A stretch of DNA of 48,360 nt from the NCBI GenBank assembly GCA_001303705.1, contig LJUI01000026.1, positions 1 through 48,360 on the forward strand, given 5' to 3'. This document shows, piece after piece, positions 16,944 to 26,309 of this stretch; the stretch's first letter is position 1; each line of letters opens with the position of its first letter. A program made the translations under genes and the position numbers. The notes beneath the pieces were generated by a model, which did no database searches, was not told where the DNA came from, and was given only the letters and a program-made list of their open reading frames with translations. The stretch comes from a candidate division TA06 bacterium SM23_40. Its GTDB lineage: Bacteria; LJUI01; SM1-40.

Positions 16944-17192
16944 TCGGATGGGGATGGAGGCCCGGATCAAGTAACAGATGATCTCGCTCATACTCACCAG
17001 CGACTCGTGGGGAGGCACCTGCGAGCAGCAGGCGCTGGCGTAACCGATCTCCTCCCTGTGCTCGCCGGCCACGCGGCTGAGGAGGTCTACCTCCCGGACG
17101 ATACCATACACCTCAGTGAGCGGGGACACCAGATAGTGGTAGAGGTGCTCGCGGAGGCTATCGGAACACTCCTCACCGTGGGGGTCGACTGA
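16944..17192 (+). pseudogene. C-terminal remnant of an SGNH/GDSL-type hydrolase
   Basis: ..GVTDLLPVL..VYLPDDTIHLSERGHQIVVEVLAEAI matches SGNH block V (DxxH..GH). The frame is closed upstream by TGA and the N-terminal blocks are missing. Confidence 0.6.
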
Positions 17193-17290
17193 TGCTCGCC
17201 GGATGGGCGCTGGGCGAGGGGGCGCTGGCTGGAGACGGGCCGACCGGGGAGCAATTGGACCGTCGCTGGCAGGAGCTCCTGATCGATACG

Positions 17291-17446
17291 AGGGTCAGTG
17301 CGAGATCGACAGGAGGGTTAGTGCGAGATCGACAGGAGGGTCAGTGCGAGATCGACAGGAGGGTTGCTGCGAAATCGACAGGGGGGTCGCTGCGAGATCG
17401 ACAGGAGGGTCAGTGCGAGATCGACAGGAGGGTTGCTGCGAAATCG
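17291..17446. repeat. 23-bp tandem repeat, 6 full copies plus 1 partial, consensus AGGGTCAGTGCGAGATCGACAGG
   Basis: Units start at 17291, 17314, 17337, 17360, 17383, 17406 and 17429; units 1, 3 and 6 are identical, unit 7 matches unit 4; no spacers. Confidence 0.97.
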
Positions 17447-17504
17447 CTTGCATCGTCGCGATCTCGTGTGCTAAGGTAGCCCGTCAGTGGAAGGATAGCA
17501 TTCA

Positions 17505-18203
17505 ATGACTCTGGCGCTCGCGGAGAGACTGGAGGCCGTCAACGCTCGGATCAGGCGGGCGGCCGAACATTCCGGGCGCGATCCCGATTCCATCACGTTG
17601 GTGGGCGTGACCAAGTTCGTCCCCCCTGACGCGATCGAGGAGGCAATCAGCTGCGGCCTGCACCACGTCGGGGAGAACCGGGTGCAGGAGGCACTGAAGA
17701 AGCATTCCGCCGTGCACGGGGAGGCCTGCTGGCACATGGTCGGCCACCTCCAGCGCAACAAGGTCCGGCGTGCCCTCGACATCTTTGATGTCGTGGAGTC
17801 GGTCGATAGCGAACGGCTCGCCGTTGCCCTCAGCGATGAGGCGGGCCGGCGAGGAACGGTGGTCGACGTACTCATCGAGGTCAATACCTCCGGCGAGACG
17901 ACGAAGTTCGGCCTTGCACCTGACGACGTTGCACGCTTCATCCGGACTGCGTTCCCGCTCCCCGGTCTGCGCCTGCGGGGGCTGATGACGGTCGGGCCGC
18001 TGGTCGAAGACCCCGAGCAGGCGCGTGCTTCATTCCGAATGCTCCGCAGACTTGCCGAGGCAGCGGCCGGATCCGTGACCGGAGATGACGTGATGGAGGA
18101 GCTGTCGATGGGGATGACAGCTGACTTCGAGGTCGCAATCGAGGAGGGGAGTACGATCGTCAGGATCGGGACCGCGATCTTCGGTCTTCGGCCAACCGCA
18201 TAG
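17505..18203 (+). CDS. yggS: PLP homeostasis protein YggS
   Basis: LVGVTKF, GENRVQEA, WHMVGHLQRNK, GLMT, LSMGMTADFEVAIEEGSTIVRIGTAIFG. Confidence 0.96.
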   Translation: MTLALAERLEAVNARIRRAAEHSGRDPDSITLVGVTKFVPPDAIEEAISCGLHHVGENRVQEALKKHSAVHGEACWHMVGHLQRNKVRRALDIFDVVESVDSERLAVALSDEAGRRGTVVDVLIEVNTSGETTKFGLAPDDVARFIRTAFPLPGLRLRGLMTVGPLVEDPEQARASFRMLRRLAEAAAGSVTGDDVMEELSMGMTADFEVAIEEGSTIVRIGTAIFGLRPTA

Positions 18204-18382
18204 CAGAACCGCAACCACGTGAGGTGGCGATTGGAAGGCTGCCGCGATACGTGGTCGAAGACGGGCGGGCTGCCAGGGAGGTGCATACGACGATGATGAA
18301 CGAGGGACCCATTTCTGAGGAGCGACGTGCCGACGGGGGATCGACGGAATACCTCGGCGAGCCGACAGAGAGGGGGAGATCA

Positions 18383-18970
18383 TTGAAGATCACGCCGCTT
18401 GACATCCGCAAGCAGACATTCAAACGGGCGGTGCGGGGGTTTGACGTGGCAGAAGTGAGTGCTTTCCTCGAGGCCGTGGCCGCGGAATTTGAGGGGCTGG
18501 TGAGGGAGAATACCGCGTTCGTGGAGCGCATGCGGGAGCTCGACGAGAAGATAGATGACTACCGGCGGCTGGAGAAGACCCTGCAGCAGACGCTGATCCG
18601 AGCGCAGGAGACGGCGGCGGAGCAGGTGGACAATGCCAGAAAGGAAGCTGAGCTCACCCTGAGGGAGGCGAGAGTCAAAGCTCAGGAGGCGGTCGCGGAC
18701 GCAGAGGCGAAGGCATCTGAACTGGCGAGCCACGTCTCTCAGCTGAAGAAGCAGCTTGCGGCGTTCATCACCAGATTCCGCGGCATCATCGATGCCCAGG
18801 CGCAAATGCTCGATGCTCAGTCCGCTCATCTCGAGGGAGGCATAGTCGTCCCTCCCGAGCTCGCGGGGGCGAGAGGTCCGGTTCGCGCACATGCGGAACC
18901 TGTGCACGAGGAGGTGCCGCCCGCGAGGACAGGCGAAGAGGCACAGCACGAGACGGAGAGACCGGGCTGA
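18383..18970 (+). CDS. divIVA: DivIVA domain protein
   Basis: TTG start after GGGGGAG; KITPLDIRKQTFKRAVRGFDVAEVSAFL followed by coiled coil. Confidence 0.92.
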   Translation: MKITPLDIRKQTFKRAVRGFDVAEVSAFLEAVAAEFEGLVRENTAFVERMRELDEKIDDYRRLEKTLQQTLIRAQETAAEQVDNARKEAELTLREARVKAQEAVADAEAKASELASHVSQLKKQLAAFITRFRGIIDAQAQMLDAQSAHLEGGIVVPPELAGARGPVRAHAEPVHEEVPPARTGEEAQHETERPG

Positions 18971-19048
18971 CGAGTTACGGAACCGTCTCTTCTGCCGGGT
19001 CGTCCTCCTGTGTGACATGGGGACGTGCGCCGAGAGGGAGTCACCGAG

Positions 19049-19327
19049 ATGCGGGTGAGAGTCCGGCTCCAGCCCAGGGCATCCCGCGATGAGATCGTGG
19101 GGTGGAGCGACGATGGATCTCTCAGGGTGCGCGTCACCTCCGCGCCTGAGCGGGGTAAGGCGAACCTCCAACTGCTCCGGCTGCTGGCTGCGACTCTGGG
19201 GATGTCTCGTGGACGGCTCCGCATTGTGGCAGGCGAGAGGTCGCGCGAGAAGGTCATCGACATAGACGGCGATGAGGGAGAGGTGTTGGCCGCGCTGAGC
19301 GGTGCACAACGGGGCGGCTCTCGGTGA
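19049..19327 (+). CDS. DUF167 / YggU family protein
   Basis: VRLQPRASRDEIVG..LRVRVTSAPERGKAN..GERSREK. Confidence 0.92.
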   Translation: MRVRVRLQPRASRDEIVGWSDDGSLRVRVTSAPERGKANLQLLRLLAATLGMSRGRLRIVAGERSREKVIDIDGDEGEVLAALSGAQRGGSR

Positions 19328-19413
19328 GCAACCTGGTGGGCGCGGCAGTCGGAGGTCATACCGGGGAAGGATCGATCAGGTGCTGGTGAGAGATGACTGT
19401 GAGAGGGACAGAG

Positions 19414-20241
19414 ATGGACGATCTTCCAGAAAGAGTTGAAGAGACCCGGAGGTTTCTCCACGATGCCACAGGATTTGAGCCGCAGATAGGAGTCATCCTG
19501 GGAACCGGGCTCGGTGGCCTCGCGAAACAGATCGATGTCGAACACGAGATATCGTACGAAGAGATTCCCAACTTCGCGGTATCGACAGTGGAATTCCACG
19601 CCGGGAAGCTGTTGTTCGGCTATGTCGGCGACAGGCGCGTCATGGCCATGCATGGTCGGTTCCATTACTACGAGGGGTACACGATGCACCAGATCACCCT
19701 TCCGGTGCGTGTCATGCGCGCTCTCGGTGCATCGGTCCTCGTGGCGTCGAATGCATCCGGCGGCCTCAACCCGCGCTTCCGAACGTCCGATATCATGATA
19801 ATGGTCGATCACATCAATCTCCTGGGAGACAATCCTCTCATCGGGCTCAGCGACTCCAGGCTCGGTCCCCGGTTTCTGGACATGTCACACGTGTATGATC
19901 GTGAACTCATCGCGCTGGCGGAGCGGATCGCCCTCGAGGAGGGGATACGTCTGCAGCAGGGGGTGTATGTGGCCGTGCCCGGCCCCAACCTGGAGACCGC
20001 CGCGGAGTATCGGTTCCTGCGGATCATCGGGGCGGACGTAGTGGGGATGTCGACCATACCAGAGGCGATCGTGGCGGTCCAATCGGGCATGCGCGTCATG
20101 GGGTTTTCGGTGGTAACCGATATGGGTTTGCCCGACGCACTCGAGCCGACGAGCATCGAGACAGTACTGGAAGCAGCACGTCGAGCTGAGCCCGGGCTGA
20201 CCACGTTGATGGTCCGGATTATCGAGTCGATGGTGATCTAG
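19414..20241 (+). CDS. Purine-nucleoside phosphorylase (trimeric PNP I family)
   Basis: GVILGTGLG, STVEFHAGKL, GRFHYYEGY, DHINL, GPNLETAAE, GADVVGMSTIPE. Confidence 0.94.
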   Translation: MDDLPERVEETRRFLHDATGFEPQIGVILGTGLGGLAKQIDVEHEISYEEIPNFAVSTVEFHAGKLLFGYVGDRRVMAMHGRFHYYEGYTMHQITLPVRVMRALGASVLVASNASGGLNPRFRTSDIMIMVDHINLLGDNPLIGLSDSRLGPRFLDMSHVYDRELIALAERIALEEGIRLQQGVYVAVPGPNLETAAEYRFLRIIGADVVGMSTIPEAIVAVQSGMRVMGFSVVTDMGLPDALEPTSIETVLEAARRAEPGLTTLMVRIIESMVI

Positions 20242-20244
20242 CAC

Positions 20245-21207
20245 ATGCATAGAAGTCGCAGGGGGAAGGCAGGCAGGCGGGGAGCTCATTCCCTTCTTTT
20301 GTTATTACCTCTGTTCTTGTTGTTGTCGGGGACGGTGCTCTCGCCGGGATGCCGGTCAAAGATCGAGGAACGCCTCGCCACAGCGCGTACGCTGATTGAC
20401 GAAGAGCGGTACAACGAGGCGATCTTCGAGTTGAGGGAGTGCCTGGCCCAGAGCAAGGGCGACGCACGTCCACCCTTTCTTCTCGGTGTCGTCTATGCCA
20501 GACAGGGCAAGCTTGAGCGCGCTGGCACATTCTTCCGACAGGCACTCGAGATCGATTCGCTGTTGACACCGTCGGTCGTGAACGAATGGGTGCAGCGCGG
20601 TACGGTCTTCGTCGCCAGGGGGCAAAATGATCGCGCAGTCGCTGCGTTCGAACGCGCCCTCGTGCTTGACCCCCACGTCGATCTCGGAGATGGGTTCTGT
20701 GTGCTGGGTGAGCGATACTTCGGCGAACGCCGAATCGAGGAGGCCGCGGGTATGTTCGAGCGAGCGATCGGGAGCGGACTCGATGCGGAGGGAGAGCTCG
20801 ATGCGCGCCTCCGCCTGGCCCAGTGCTACGAGGCTCTGGATGATCTGGAGGCCGCCTTCGCCTGCCTCGATGAGGGCTCGCGTACTATCTCTGATCCGGA
20901 GTTGCTATGGGAGAGAGGGAGAGTCGCCTACGAACTCTCCCAACAGTGCCTGCGGGGAGGTTACTATGAGCGAGTGCGTTCGTTGGCGGGGTCGGTCATC
21001 AAGAGTGGAATGCCCGAGGTTCTTGTCGACGATGCGTACTTTGCTGTCGGCGAGAGCTACTTCCTTCAGGGCGAATACCGGGATGCGATCGCTGCCTACG
21101 AGAAGGTATTGCGGCTAAACCCCATCGGATCGGGGAGTCTTGTCGAGGATGCACGCAGGCGGATCGAGTTAGCGCGCGCCCTCGATCGAGGGAGGAGCGA
21201 GTCGTGA
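20245..21207 (+). CDS. Tetratricopeptide-repeat lipoprotein
   Basis: Basic N-terminus, hydrophobic stretch, lipobox-like SPGC; multiple TPR-type helix pairs (LGVVYARQGKLERA, VGESYFLQGEYRDAIAAYEKVL). Confidence 0.85.
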   Translation: MHRSRRGKAGRRGAHSLLLLLPLFLLLSGTVLSPGCRSKIEERLATARTLIDEERYNEAIFELRECLAQSKGDARPPFLLGVVYARQGKLERAGTFFRQALEIDSLLTPSVVNEWVQRGTVFVARGQNDRAVAAFERALVLDPHVDLGDGFCVLGERYFGERRIEEAAGMFERAIGSGLDAEGELDARLRLAQCYEALDDLEAAFACLDEGSRTISDPELLWERGRVAYELSQQCLRGGYYERVRSLAGSVIKSGMPEVLVDDAYFAVGESYFLQGEYRDAIAAYEKVLRLNPIGSGSLVEDARRRIELARALDRGRSES

Positions 21208-22937
21208 GAATCCATTGCAGAGAATTGATGAGAGCGCTCCTTTGCCTCCTGATCGTGGCGGGGTGCTCCAGCCGTCAGCACCTCCGTGTCAGCCTCGATG
21301 CGGAGGACGAATTCGCCCTGGCGAAGAAGGCATTCGACGAGCGGCAGTGGGATCGGGCGGCCGAGGGGTTCAAGAGGCTCATGTTCGACCACCCGGAGAG
21401 CGGCCTCGTCGACGATGCTCAATTCTATCTCGCCGAAACGTATCTGGCCCAGGAGGAATATGAGCTGGCGATAGTGGAGTACCGGCAGTTGTCCCGCAAT
21501 CACCCGCGCAGTGAGTATGCCGACGACGCCGACTTCTCTATCGGTCTTGCCTATTATCGGCGGTCTCCGGCATTCGACCTGGATCAGCAGTTCACCGAGC
21601 AAGCTATCGAAGCTTTCAATGTCTTCCTCGTGCGGCACCCGCGTTCACCTCTGGTCGCCGAGGCGGAGAGCAAAAGAAAGGAGTTGAGGGAACGGCTGGC
21701 GCGGAAAGAGTACGAAAACGGACTTCTGTACCTGCGCCTGGGACACATCGAATCGGCGCAGATCTACTTCGAGATCGTGCGCGATCAGTATCGCGATACG
21801 GAATGGCGCGCACGGGCAGAGAAGAAGCTCCTCGAGATCGCGTCCGACAGCGTCAGTTCGAGTGACCGACCGGCAGCTGGCTGGTCTGAGGTTTTGGATA
21901 TATCAGAGCCGCGCACGAACTCCTACACCTCGCGCAACAACGCTCGCTCAATCGGAGGCGACTGGACCGGCACGGTCCATATCGTCTGGCAAGAGGCGCG
22001 CGAGGCGGGAGATATTGTCCTGTACCGAGAGTGGGATGGGGTGGAGTGGAGTGAGTCTCGGCGCCTGTCGGACGAAGAGGAACGGGCACTCTCTCCTGCT
22101 CTCGCTGTCGACGTCGCGAATTCGGTCCATGTCGTCTGGGAGAGGGACATGGGAGATCGGGATGCGCTCGCCTACAGGATGAGGGGAGCGGGAGGATGGA
22201 GTGAGGTCGAGGTGATCGCCGAGGGAGGGTCGCGTGCATGGTACCCCGCCATCGATGCGGGACTCGATGGCGCCATCCACGTCGTCTGGATGGACGACAG
22301 GTCCGGCAACTTCGAGATCTGGCATCGCCGTCACGATGCCGGGGGCTGGGCAGAGCCGGTCCAGGTATCGCATAGTCCCGGGATCTCGGCCATGCCATCT
22401 GTCGCCGTCGGTCCTGACGGCCGCGTCCATGCGGTCTGGCAGGAGGAGATGGTAGAGGAGGGCGGTGAGTCTGTTCAGTACGCCTCTGGTGACGGCCTTA
22501 ACTGGTCAGAGCCCCTGCGCCTTTCATCCGGGGAGGGGGGGCTACACCCCTCCCTTGCGGTGACCGGCGACGGGACGGTCATCGCCGTGTGGCAAGAGGG
22601 TGAAGGGCCGACTTCGATCGTTCAGTACCGCGCGCTCGCGGGCGGAGCGTGGGGGCCTGTGGTACAGCTCTCCCTCGAAGACGAGACGGCCAGCACCCCG
22701 ACGGTTGCGGCAGGCCGGGAAAGCATCGTCGTCGCGTGGGCGCGCCGGCGTGACGATGACAGGAGCCTTGTCTGGCGATCGAGAGGCGGCGATGAGTGGC
22801 AGGAGCCGATCGTGGCTTCCGAGGGCACCACGCCGACTCATCCCTCGGTCTGGATCTCTCCGGAAGGTCGGGTTCACCTCGCATGGTGCGACGTGGACGG
22901 AGGCACGTGGCGCGTACGATACCGATCGAGGAAGTGA
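21204..22937 (+). CDS. bamD: BamD outer-membrane assembly lipoprotein fused to a C-terminal 7-repeat beta-propeller-like domain (alternative start ATG 21228)
   Basis: Lipobox VAGC; DDAQFYLAETY, LDQQFTEQAIEAF..HPRSPL, LARKEYENGLLY (BamD); then seven xxHxVW-type repeats. bamD-nadD gene order. Confidence 0.85.
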   Translation: MRIHCRELMRALLCLLIVAGCSSRQHLRVSLDAEDEFALAKKAFDERQWDRAAEGFKRLMFDHPESGLVDDAQFYLAETYLAQEEYELAIVEYRQLSRNHPRSEYADDADFSIGLAYYRRSPAFDLDQQFTEQAIEAFNVFLVRHPRSPLVAEAESKRKELRERLARKEYENGLLYLRLGHIESAQIYFEIVRDQYRDTEWRARAEKKLLEIASDSVSSSDRPAAGWSEVLDISEPRTNSYTSRNNARSIGGDWTGTVHIVWQEAREAGDIVLYREWDGVEWSESRRLSDEEERALSPALAVDVANSVHVVWERDMGDRDALAYRMRGAGGWSEVEVIAEGGSRAWYPAIDAGLDGAIHVVWMDDRSGNFEIWHRRHDAGGWAEPVQVSHSPGISAMPSVAVGPDGRVHAVWQEEMVEEGGESVQYASGDGLNWSEPLRLSSGEGGLHPSLAVTGDGTVIAVWQEGEGPTSIVQYRALAGGAWGPVVQLSLEDETASTPTVAAGRESIVVAWARRRDDDRSLVWRSRGGDEWQEPIVASEGTTPTHPSVWISPEGRVHLAWCDVDGGTWRVRYRSRK

Positions 22938-22945
22938 GGGCGCCT

Positions 22946-23545
22946 GTGGACAAGAACCCCGGGATCGGTCTCTTCGGCGGAACGTTCGATCCGATCCACA
23001 TTGGCCACCTCATTACCGCCGAGGAGGTGCGCGACCTGTTCGGGCTCGATGAAATCGTCTTCACTCCTTCCAACCGATCTCCCCACAAACCAGATCGCCC
23101 CATGGCCTCCGCTCGTGACCGGTACGAGATGGTGGCCCTCGCCACGAAGAGCAACCCGTACTTCTCGGTAGACGACATAGAGCTGGTTCGCGGCGGCACT
23201 TCCTATACGGTGGATACGGTTCGTGAATTCAGGGAACGGCGTGGGGATGAGGTCTCTCTCCATTTGGTGATAGGAGCAGACCTGATGCTGGACCTCGAAT
23301 CGTGGAAAGATCCCGACCAGCTGCTCGCGCTTGTCACGATCATCGTGATGTCGCGGCCGGGCTATGATCTGAGGCAGGTCCCGGAGCCGTTCCGTGGCCG
23401 GTTCGAGGTAGCCCGGGTGAGCCACATCGACATCTCCTCGACGATGATTCGTCAGCGCGTACTCGAGGGGCGATCGGTCCGCTACCTGGTCCCCGATGCC
23501 GTGGAGGCATACATCAGTGCCAAAGAACTCTACCGCGGCAGATGA
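22946..23545 (+). CDS. nadD: Nicotinate-nucleotide adenylyltransferase
   Basis: GLFGGTFDPIHIGH, SPHK, SYTVDT, IGAD, ISSTMIR; GTG start at 22946 or 22934. Confidence 0.96.
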   Translation: MDKNPGIGLFGGTFDPIHIGHLITAEEVRDLFGLDEIVFTPSNRSPHKPDRPMASARDRYEMVALATKSNPYFSVDDIELVRGGTSYTVDTVREFRERRGDEVSLHLVIGADLMLDLESWKDPDQLLALVTIIVMSRPGYDLRQVPEPFRGRFEVARVSHIDISSTMIRQRVLEGRSVRYLVPDAVEAYISAKELYRGR

Positions 23546-26309
23546 GTCGGCCTACCGAGCAGAAGGGGGAGAGCGGCGGCTCTTCCTCATCGATGGATCG
23601 GCTCTCGTCTACCGGGCCTACTTCGCATTCATCAATAACCCTCTCCGGAGCTCCAGGGGCGAGAACACCAGCGCGGTCTTCGGCTTCACCAATACACTCC
23701 TGAAGCTCATGAGGGACTACGATCCGCGCTACTGGGCTGTCGTCTTCGATACCGGCCGCCCGACCTTCCGGCACGAACAGTTCCCCGAATACAAAGCATC
23801 GCGCGAGGAGATGCCCGACGACCTCCGGGATCAGCTGCCGATGGTCCGTGAGCTGCTCGACGCGATGAAGATTACGGCCCTGGAAGCGGAGGGATACGAG
23901 GCTGACGACATCATGGCCACACTCGCCAGGCGCGCGCGAGAGGAGGGCATGGAGGTCGTCCTGGTCAGCCCGGACAAGGATCTGCTCCAGGCGGTGGACG
24001 AGGGGACATTCGTTCTCTATCCGCCGCGCGGCGCCGGGGACTGGGTCCTGTACGATGAGGCGAAGGTGAAGGATAAGCTGGGTGTCCCCCCGGGTTCTGT
24101 GGCCGAGCTCCTGGCGCTCGCTGGCGATTCGATCGACGATATCCCCGGCCTCCCGGGGATCGGGGAGAAGACGGCGCGCGACCTGATCCAGACGTTCGGG
24201 AGCATCGAGGACGCCCACACGAGAGCCGACGAGATCAGGAAGAAGAGCGTCCGTAACAGTCTCGTCGAGCACTATGATGATGCGCTCCTGTTTCGGGAAC
24301 TTGTGCAGCTGTGTACGGACGTGCCCATTGTCCTGGACCTCGAGGATCTGGCGGCTCAACCGTTCGAAGGTGAGCGGCTACGATCTCTCTTCGTCCGGCT
24401 CGAGTTCATGAGCCTCGTACGCGAGCTGGGGCTCGGCGGCGAGGAGGAGCCCTTCGCCTACCGGGTCGTGGCCGGCCGGGACGAACTGGCCGATCTCGTC
24501 ACACTCCTCAAAGAGAGCGGGGGATTCGCCATCAGGCCGCTCGTGCGGGGAGAGCGCCCGGAGGAGATCGAGCTCGTGGGATTGGGGATCGCCACGGACC
24601 CGCAACGGACTTGGTACGTACCGATCGTATGCGAGGGCGTAGGAGGGATCGGGACAGCCCCTGGATCGCCTGTGCCGCCCGGGGAGCCGGGGCTCTTCGA
24701 GGGGCGGGGCCTGCCTGTCGAAGAAGTGCGCGAGCTCATGTCACCTCTGCTCGCGGACCCCGCCGTACCCAAGTGGGGACACGACACGAAGGTGTTGCAC
24801 CACGGACTCATGCGGTGCGGGGCCGAGCTCGCGGGGCTCGCCTTCGATTCGGCGGTCGCCTCCTATCTCCTTGACCCATCTCAGCGGAGCGTGGATCTGC
24901 AGACCCAGAGTCTTCGGCTTCTCGGAGAATCGATCCCTGGCCTCGAGGAACTTCTGGGCAAGGGGAAGAAGGCGCTTTCCCTGGAGTCGGTCGAAGTCGA
25001 CCGGCTCGCCGAGCACTGCTGCCGCGAGGCCGCGGTCGTGGTCCGCCTGAGGGATCACCTCCAACCGGCCCTGGCGGAACGAGAACTCCCCCATCTGTAC
25101 CAGGAGGTGGAGATACCGCTCATCGGCGTGCTGGCACGGATGGAGCGCTGCGGGGTCGCGATCGACCTAGACTTCTTCGCCGAGATGTCGGCGAGGCTCG
25201 GCAAGGAACTCGAGGGATTGGTCGGCTCCATCTACGAACTCGCAGGTACGACGTTCAACATCAACTCTCCCAAACAGCTCGCCGACATCCTCTTCGACCG
25301 GCTCGGGCTTCCCGTAATCAAGCGAACGAAGACCGGCAGATCGACCGACGTCGAGGTACTGGAGAGGCTGGCGGAGGAGCACCCGTTGCCGGAGAAGCTG
25401 CTCCACTACCGCAGTCTGTTCAAGCTGAAGTCGACCTACGTCGATGCGCTGCCCCATCTCGTCGATCCCCGTACCGGACGGATCCACACCACGTTCAATC
25501 AGACGGCGACCGAGACAGGTCGGCTCTCCTCCAGCAGCCCGAACCTCCAGAATATCCCCGTGCGGGGGGAAGAGGCGGGCGAGATCAGGAGGGGGTTCGT
25601 GCCCGGCGAAGCGGGATATCTACTGCTCGCTGCTGACTACTCTCAGATCGAGCTCCGCATCGTTGCGCATCTCTCCCGGGACGACCGGATGGTCGAGACA
25701 TTCGTAAACGGAGAGGATATCCATACGATCACTGCCGCCGAGATATTCGATCTCGATCCGTCGGACGTCACACCTGATCATCGACGCCAGGCCAAAGTCG
25801 TCAACTTCGGGATCATCTACGGCATGGGTCCGTACGGCCTGGCCAAACAGCTCGACATATCGCCCGGCGAGGCGAGCGACTTCATCTCCAGCTACTTCTC
25901 CCGTTATCCCAAGGTCAACGAGTGGATCGAGCGAACAATCGATGAGGCGCGCGAGCGGGGATATACCACGACCCTGATGCAGCGGAGGCGATATCTGCCC
26001 GACATCTCCAGCCGGCGTCGAGGGATGAGGGAGTATGCCGAGCGCACCGCCATCAACACGCCGGTGCAGGGCACGGCGGCCGACCTGATCAAGGTGGCGA
26101 TGATCAATATCGACCGGGAGCTGAGGTCCCGCGACCTGAGGGCATCGATGATCCTGCAGGTGCACGACGAGCTCCTGTTCGAAGTGGCCGAAAAGGACGT
26201 GGAGGAGTGCTCCGGGCTCGTCCGCACCCAGATGGAGTCGCCGCTGCCGCTCTCCGTACCGATCGCCGTTCATATCGGTGTGGGCGGCACGTGGTTCGAG
26301 GCCCACTAG
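23496..26309 (+). CDS. polA: DNA polymerase I (start uncertain)
   Basis: LFLIDGSALVYRAYFA, EADD, GDSIDDIPGLPGIGEKTA (5'-3' exo); TGRLSSSSPNLQNIP, DYSQIELR, RRQAKVVNFGIIYG, QVHDEL. Confidence 0.97.
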   Translation: MPWRHTSVPKNSTAADESAYRAEGGERRLFLIDGSALVYRAYFAFINNPLRSSRGENTSAVFGFTNTLLKLMRDYDPRYWAVVFDTGRPTFRHEQFPEYKASREEMPDDLRDQLPMVRELLDAMKITALEAEGYEADDIMATLARRAREEGMEVVLVSPDKDLLQAVDEGTFVLYPPRGAGDWVLYDEAKVKDKLGVPPGSVAELLALAGDSIDDIPGLPGIGEKTARDLIQTFGSIEDAHTRADEIRKKSVRNSLVEHYDDALLFRELVQLCTDVPIVLDLEDLAAQPFEGERLRSLFVRLEFMSLVRELGLGGEEEPFAYRVVAGRDELADLVTLLKESGGFAIRPLVRGERPEEIELVGLGIATDPQRTWYVPIVCEGVGGIGTAPGSPVPPGEPGLFEGRGLPVEEVRELMSPLLADPAVPKWGHDTKVLHHGLMRCGAELAGLAFDSAVASYLLDPSQRSVDLQTQSLRLLGESIPGLEELLGKGKKALSLESVEVDRLAEHCCREAAVVVRLRDHLQPALAERELPHLYQEVEIPLIGVLARMERCGVAIDLDFFAEMSARLGKELEGLVGSIYELAGTTFNINSPKQLADILFDRLGLPVIKRTKTGRSTDVEVLERLAEEHPLPEKLLHYRSLFKLKSTYVDALPHLVDPRTGRIHTTFNQTATETGRLSSSSPNLQNIPVRGEEAGEIRRGFVPGEAGYLLLAADYSQIELRIVAHLSRDDRMVETFVNGEDIHTITAAEIFDLDPSDVTPDHRRQAKVVNFGIIYGMGPYGLAKQLDISPGEASDFISSYFSRYPKVNEWIERTIDEARERGYTTTLMQRRRYLPDISSRRRGMREYAERTAINTPVQGTAADLIKVAMINIDRELRSRDLRASMILQVHDELLFEVAEKDVEECSGLVRTQMESPLPLSVPIAVHIGVGGTWFEAH

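Noticed and set aside
17291-17446. CRISPR array interpretation of the 23-bp repeats
   Set aside because: Units are contiguous with no unique spacers, and no cas genes are present.
6530-17500. Integrative element or prophage at the ssrA 3' end
   Set aside because: No integrase, phage genes or duplicated ssrA 3' end seen by eye.
17192-17508. ORFs 17192-17479 and 17203-17508
   Set aside because: Their repetitive translations merely reflect the 23-bp unit, which is not a multiple of 3.
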